Shown in pieces: positions 61,764-64,000 of a DNA stretch of 64,000 bases. A program made the translations under genes and the position numbers. Below the pieces are notes generated by a model. The model was not told the origin of the DNA and searched no databases. It worked only from the letters and a program-made list of their open reading frames with translations. Source of the stretch: Candidatus Marinacidobacterium sp. (GTDB lineage: Bacteria; Acidobacteriota; Vicinamibacteria; Marinacidobacterales; Marinacidobacteraceae); the NCBI GenBank assembly GCA_965202845.1, contig OZ241856.1, forward strand, positions 2,473,931 through 2,537,930, in the 5' to 3' direction. Numbering within the stretch: the stretch's first letter is position 1; every line of letters starts with the position of its first letter.

Positions 61764-62123
61764 TCACCGCACCAGGTCCGGCCAGCGGGTGCGCGCCAGC
61801 CGCCGAGCGGCGGCGTGGACAGCCTCGAAGTCGCCGTCCCGGGCGTCGGGACGGGCGAGCGCCGCCACCGGGAAGCGGTCGGCGTGACGCGTGCCGGCGA
61901 AGTAGTAGTGCTGCCCGTTTTCGATCACCAGCGACACCCGGCCCTGGGTGCAGCACGAAACCTGGACGGTCTCCCCGGGGAACGGCCACGCGCCGGCGAC
62001 GTCCTCCGGGGCGAGCAGCAGGGGCGGCTCCTCGTTGAAGAATTCCACGACGGTCGCGATGCCGACGGCCGCCGCCATGAAGACGACGAAAAACACCGCG
62101 GACAGCAGGATGGTCTTGATCAT
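61764..62123 (-). CDS. Membrane-anchored hypothetical protein
   Basis: 119 aa with an N-terminal TM segment (ILLSAVFFVVFMAAAVGIATVV). No family recognised. Confidence 0.45.
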   Translation of the reverse strand: MIKTILLSAVFFVVFMAAAVGIATVVEFFNEEPPLLLAPEDVAGAWPFPGETVQVSCCTQGRVSLVIENGQHYYFAGTRHADRFPVAALARPDARDGDFEAVHAAARRLARTRWPDLVR

Positions 62124-62150
62124 GGTCCGTTCCTCCGGTTCAAGGGGGAA

Positions 62151-63254
62151 TCATTGTCCCCCAGGGGTGACAAAAAAGCGACGGATGGCATCCGCCACCG
62201 CATCCGTCTCTTCGTCATCAAGATCGGGGCGGAGGGGCAGGCTGAGCGCCTCCCGCGCCGCCCGGTCCGCCTCCGGGCAGTCCCACGGGTTCCCGGCGAA
62301 GGCTGCCTGGCGATGGAGCGGAATCGGGTAGTGCACCAGCGTCTCCACCCCCGCTTCGGCCAGAAACCGCCGGAGCCGGTCGCGCTCCGGAGTCCGGATC
62401 ACGAACAGGTGCGCCGCGCTTTGCGTTCCCTCGCCCGGCGTCGCGAACCGCAGCGGCAGACCCGCAAGCCCCTCCCGATAGCGCGCCGCCAGTTCCCGGC
62501 GCCGGGCGTTTCCAGCGTCCAGCTCGCTCAACCGGACGCCCAGAATCGCCGCCTGCAGCTCGTCGAGACGGCTGTTCCAACCCGGTTCGGCGTGGTCGTG
62601 GCGCGCCCGCTGCCCGCCGGAACGGAGCCGCCGGACGCGCTCGGCGAGCGCCGGATCGTCGGTTCCCACCAGCCCGCCGTCGCCGACCCCGCCCAGGTTC
62701 TTGGTGGGGTAGAAGCTGAACGCAGACGCCTTGCCGAACGAGCCGAGCGGCCGCCCCCGGAACGCCGCGCCGTGCGCCTGGGCGGCGTCCTCCACCACCG
62801 GAACCCCCCGCGCCGCCTCAAGAAGCTCCGGCCAGTCCGAACCGGCGTGGCCGGCGAAGTGCACCGGCAGGATCGCCCGGATGGTTTCCCGCATGGTTTC
62901 CCGCCGGAGGGCGTCCCGCACCGCGTCGGCGCGCAGGCAGAGACTCTGCGGGTCGATGTCCGCGAACACCGGAACCGCCCCGGCGCGCTGGATGCCGATC
63001 GCGGTGTACCCGGCGGAAAACGCGGAGGTGAGAACCCGGTCTCCCGGTCCGACGCCGACCGCGGCGAGCGCCAGCGTGATCGCGTCGGTGCCCGAAGCGA
63101 CGCCGACCCCGCGCCGCACGCCGATCCGCGCCGCGAACGCCCGCTCGAAGGCCTCCACCCGGGGACCCAGCACGAACCGTTCCGAATCCAGAACCTCCGC
63201 CACCGCCGCCCGGACCCCGAGGCCGACCGCCAGCCGGGCGAACGGAATCCTCAT
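62151..63254 (-). CDS. DegT/DnrJ/EryC1/StrS family sugar aminotransferase
   Basis: GTDAITLAL, EDAAQAHG and SFYPTKNLG (PLP lysine). Start at MRIPFARL; ATGA overlap with the upstream gene. The track ORF N-terminal extension is rejected. Confidence 0.85.
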   Translation of the reverse strand: MRIPFARLAVGLGVRAAVAEVLDSERFVLGPRVEAFERAFAARIGVRRGVGVASGTDAITLALAAVGVGPGDRVLTSAFSAGYTAIGIQRAGAVPVFADIDPQSLCLRADAVRDALRRETMRETIRAILPVHFAGHAGSDWPELLEAARGVPVVEDAAQAHGAAFRGRPLGSFGKASAFSFYPTKNLGGVGDGGLVGTDDPALAERVRRLRSGGQRARHDHAEPGWNSRLDELQAAILGVRLSELDAGNARRRELAARYREGLAGLPLRFATPGEGTQSAAHLFVIRTPERDRLRRFLAEAGVETLVHYPIPLHRQAAFAGNPWDCPEADRAAREALSLPLRPDLDDEETDAVADAIRRFFVTPGGQ

Positions 63255-64000
63255 GCCGGGATCCGCTCCGGTTCCGACCGGAAGAAGCGCACCGTTTCCG
63301 CGAGCCCCTGCGCCAGGTCCCGCAGCGGTTCCCAGCCCAGATCGGCCCGGATCCGGGACCAATCCGAGTGGATGTCCCCGACCGCGATCCGCCGGAGCGC
63401 GTCCGGGAGCGGCGCGCACTCGATGCGCGACGGCTCCCCCAGCGCCTCCCAGACCGCAAGGGCGAAATCCCGGAGGCGGATCGGCGGCGCTCCCAGGTTC
63501 CACAGGCCGGACGGCGCCGCCGGATCGCCAGCCAGCAACAGCGCCTCGACCACGTCGTCCGCGTGGTTGAAGTCGCGCAGGAGGTCCGGGTTTCCGAGGA
63601 TGGGGATCGGCCGTCCTCCGAGCGCTCGTCCCAGGGCGTGGCCGGTGAACCCGGCGGCGGGGCCCCGAAGCGCCTGGCGCGGTCCGTAGCAGCCGGTCAG
63701 CCGCAGGATCGCCCACGACGACGGCGCCAGCCGCCGCGCCAGATGCTCTACCGCCTCCTTGTGGACGCCGTGCGCGTCGGGCGGCGCCAGCGGATCGTCC
63801 TCCCGCACCGGAAGCCGCTGCGGCAAGGCGTAGTTCTGGCGGGTTCCGGTGAAGACGAGGCGCGCTCCGGGCGCCCGCCGCCGCATCGCCTCGAACAGAT
63901 GGATCGAAGCCTCGACTCCGTGCCGGTAGTCGCGCAAGGGCGCGTCCATGCTCGCCCGGTGGCCGGAAGGCGCCGCCAGGTGGAACACGACCCGGGCGCC
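63251..64000 (-). CDS. NAD-dependent epimerase/dehydratase family protein, C-terminal part (gene starts beyond window end)
   Basis: VVFHLAAPS... and a C-terminal substrate-binding domain pattern (DFNHADDVVEAL, NLG). The frame is open to the window edge. Confidence 0.8.
   Translation of the reverse strand, partial: GARVVFHLAAPSGHRASMDAPLRDYRHGVEASIHLFEAMRRRAPGARLVFTGTRQNYALPQRLPVREDDPLAPPDAHGVHKEAVEHLARRLAPSSWAILRLTGCYGPRQALRGPAAGFTGHALGRALGGRPIPILGNPDLLRDFNHADDVVEALLLAGDPAAPSGLWNLGAPPIRLRDFALAVWEALGEPSRIECAPLPDALRRIAVGDIHSDWSRIRADLGWEPLRDLAQGLAETVRFFRSEPERIPA

Overview
GC-rich (about 68-70% by eye) bacterial chromosomal segment, phylum not determinable from the sequence alone. All family calls come from reading motifs in the supplied translations; no homology search was run.

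The housekeeping backbone consists of:
- an atu/liu-type acyl-CoA carboxylase cluster (3.4-9.3 kb);
- a PIG-L deacetylase, a DASS transporter and tenA (9.3-14.2 kb);
- dmpA, an SSS symporter, a ClC channel, dtd, a DsbA-like protein and glcDEF (30.2-44.6 kb);
- asparaginase, an M1 peptidase, a TonB receptor, tRNA-Arg and tRNA-Glu, a rhomboid protease and sugar-modification genes (51.6-64 kb).

Two accessory islands interrupt this backbone.

Island 1 (14.2-30.2 kb) holds a DUF499 ATPase / DUF1156 methyltransferase / PLD-SNF2 helicase defence-type operon. The operon is split by 4.6 kb of cargo: a small basic protein, a frameshifted second ATPase, an ISL3 element nested inside an IS5-family element, and a low-GC orphan ORF. 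Directly after it comes the most unusual structure in the window: four tandem, near-identical genes for tail-anchored coiled-coil membrane proteins. Their cores differ by combinatorial presence or absence of repeat cassettes, and each gene has its own conserved 107-bp leader.

Island 2 (44.5-51.6 kb) holds:
- an AAA ATPase + DUF4276-like pair;
- a decayed Doc/Fic fragment;
- a Type ISP-like nuclease-helicase-methyltransferase gene preceded by a G15 tract and five 13-bp tandem repeats, and split from its C-terminal segment by a G18 tract;
- an orphan RHH antitoxin.

Further along, an IS1634-family element is flanked by identical 517-bp direct repeats that duplicate the 5' end of the rhomboid gene. 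An ISL3 transposase N-terminal fragment lies nearby, fused to a membrane anchor.

Many very long ORFs in the track are antisense or out-of-frame shadows typical of high-GC DNA and are not reported as genes.
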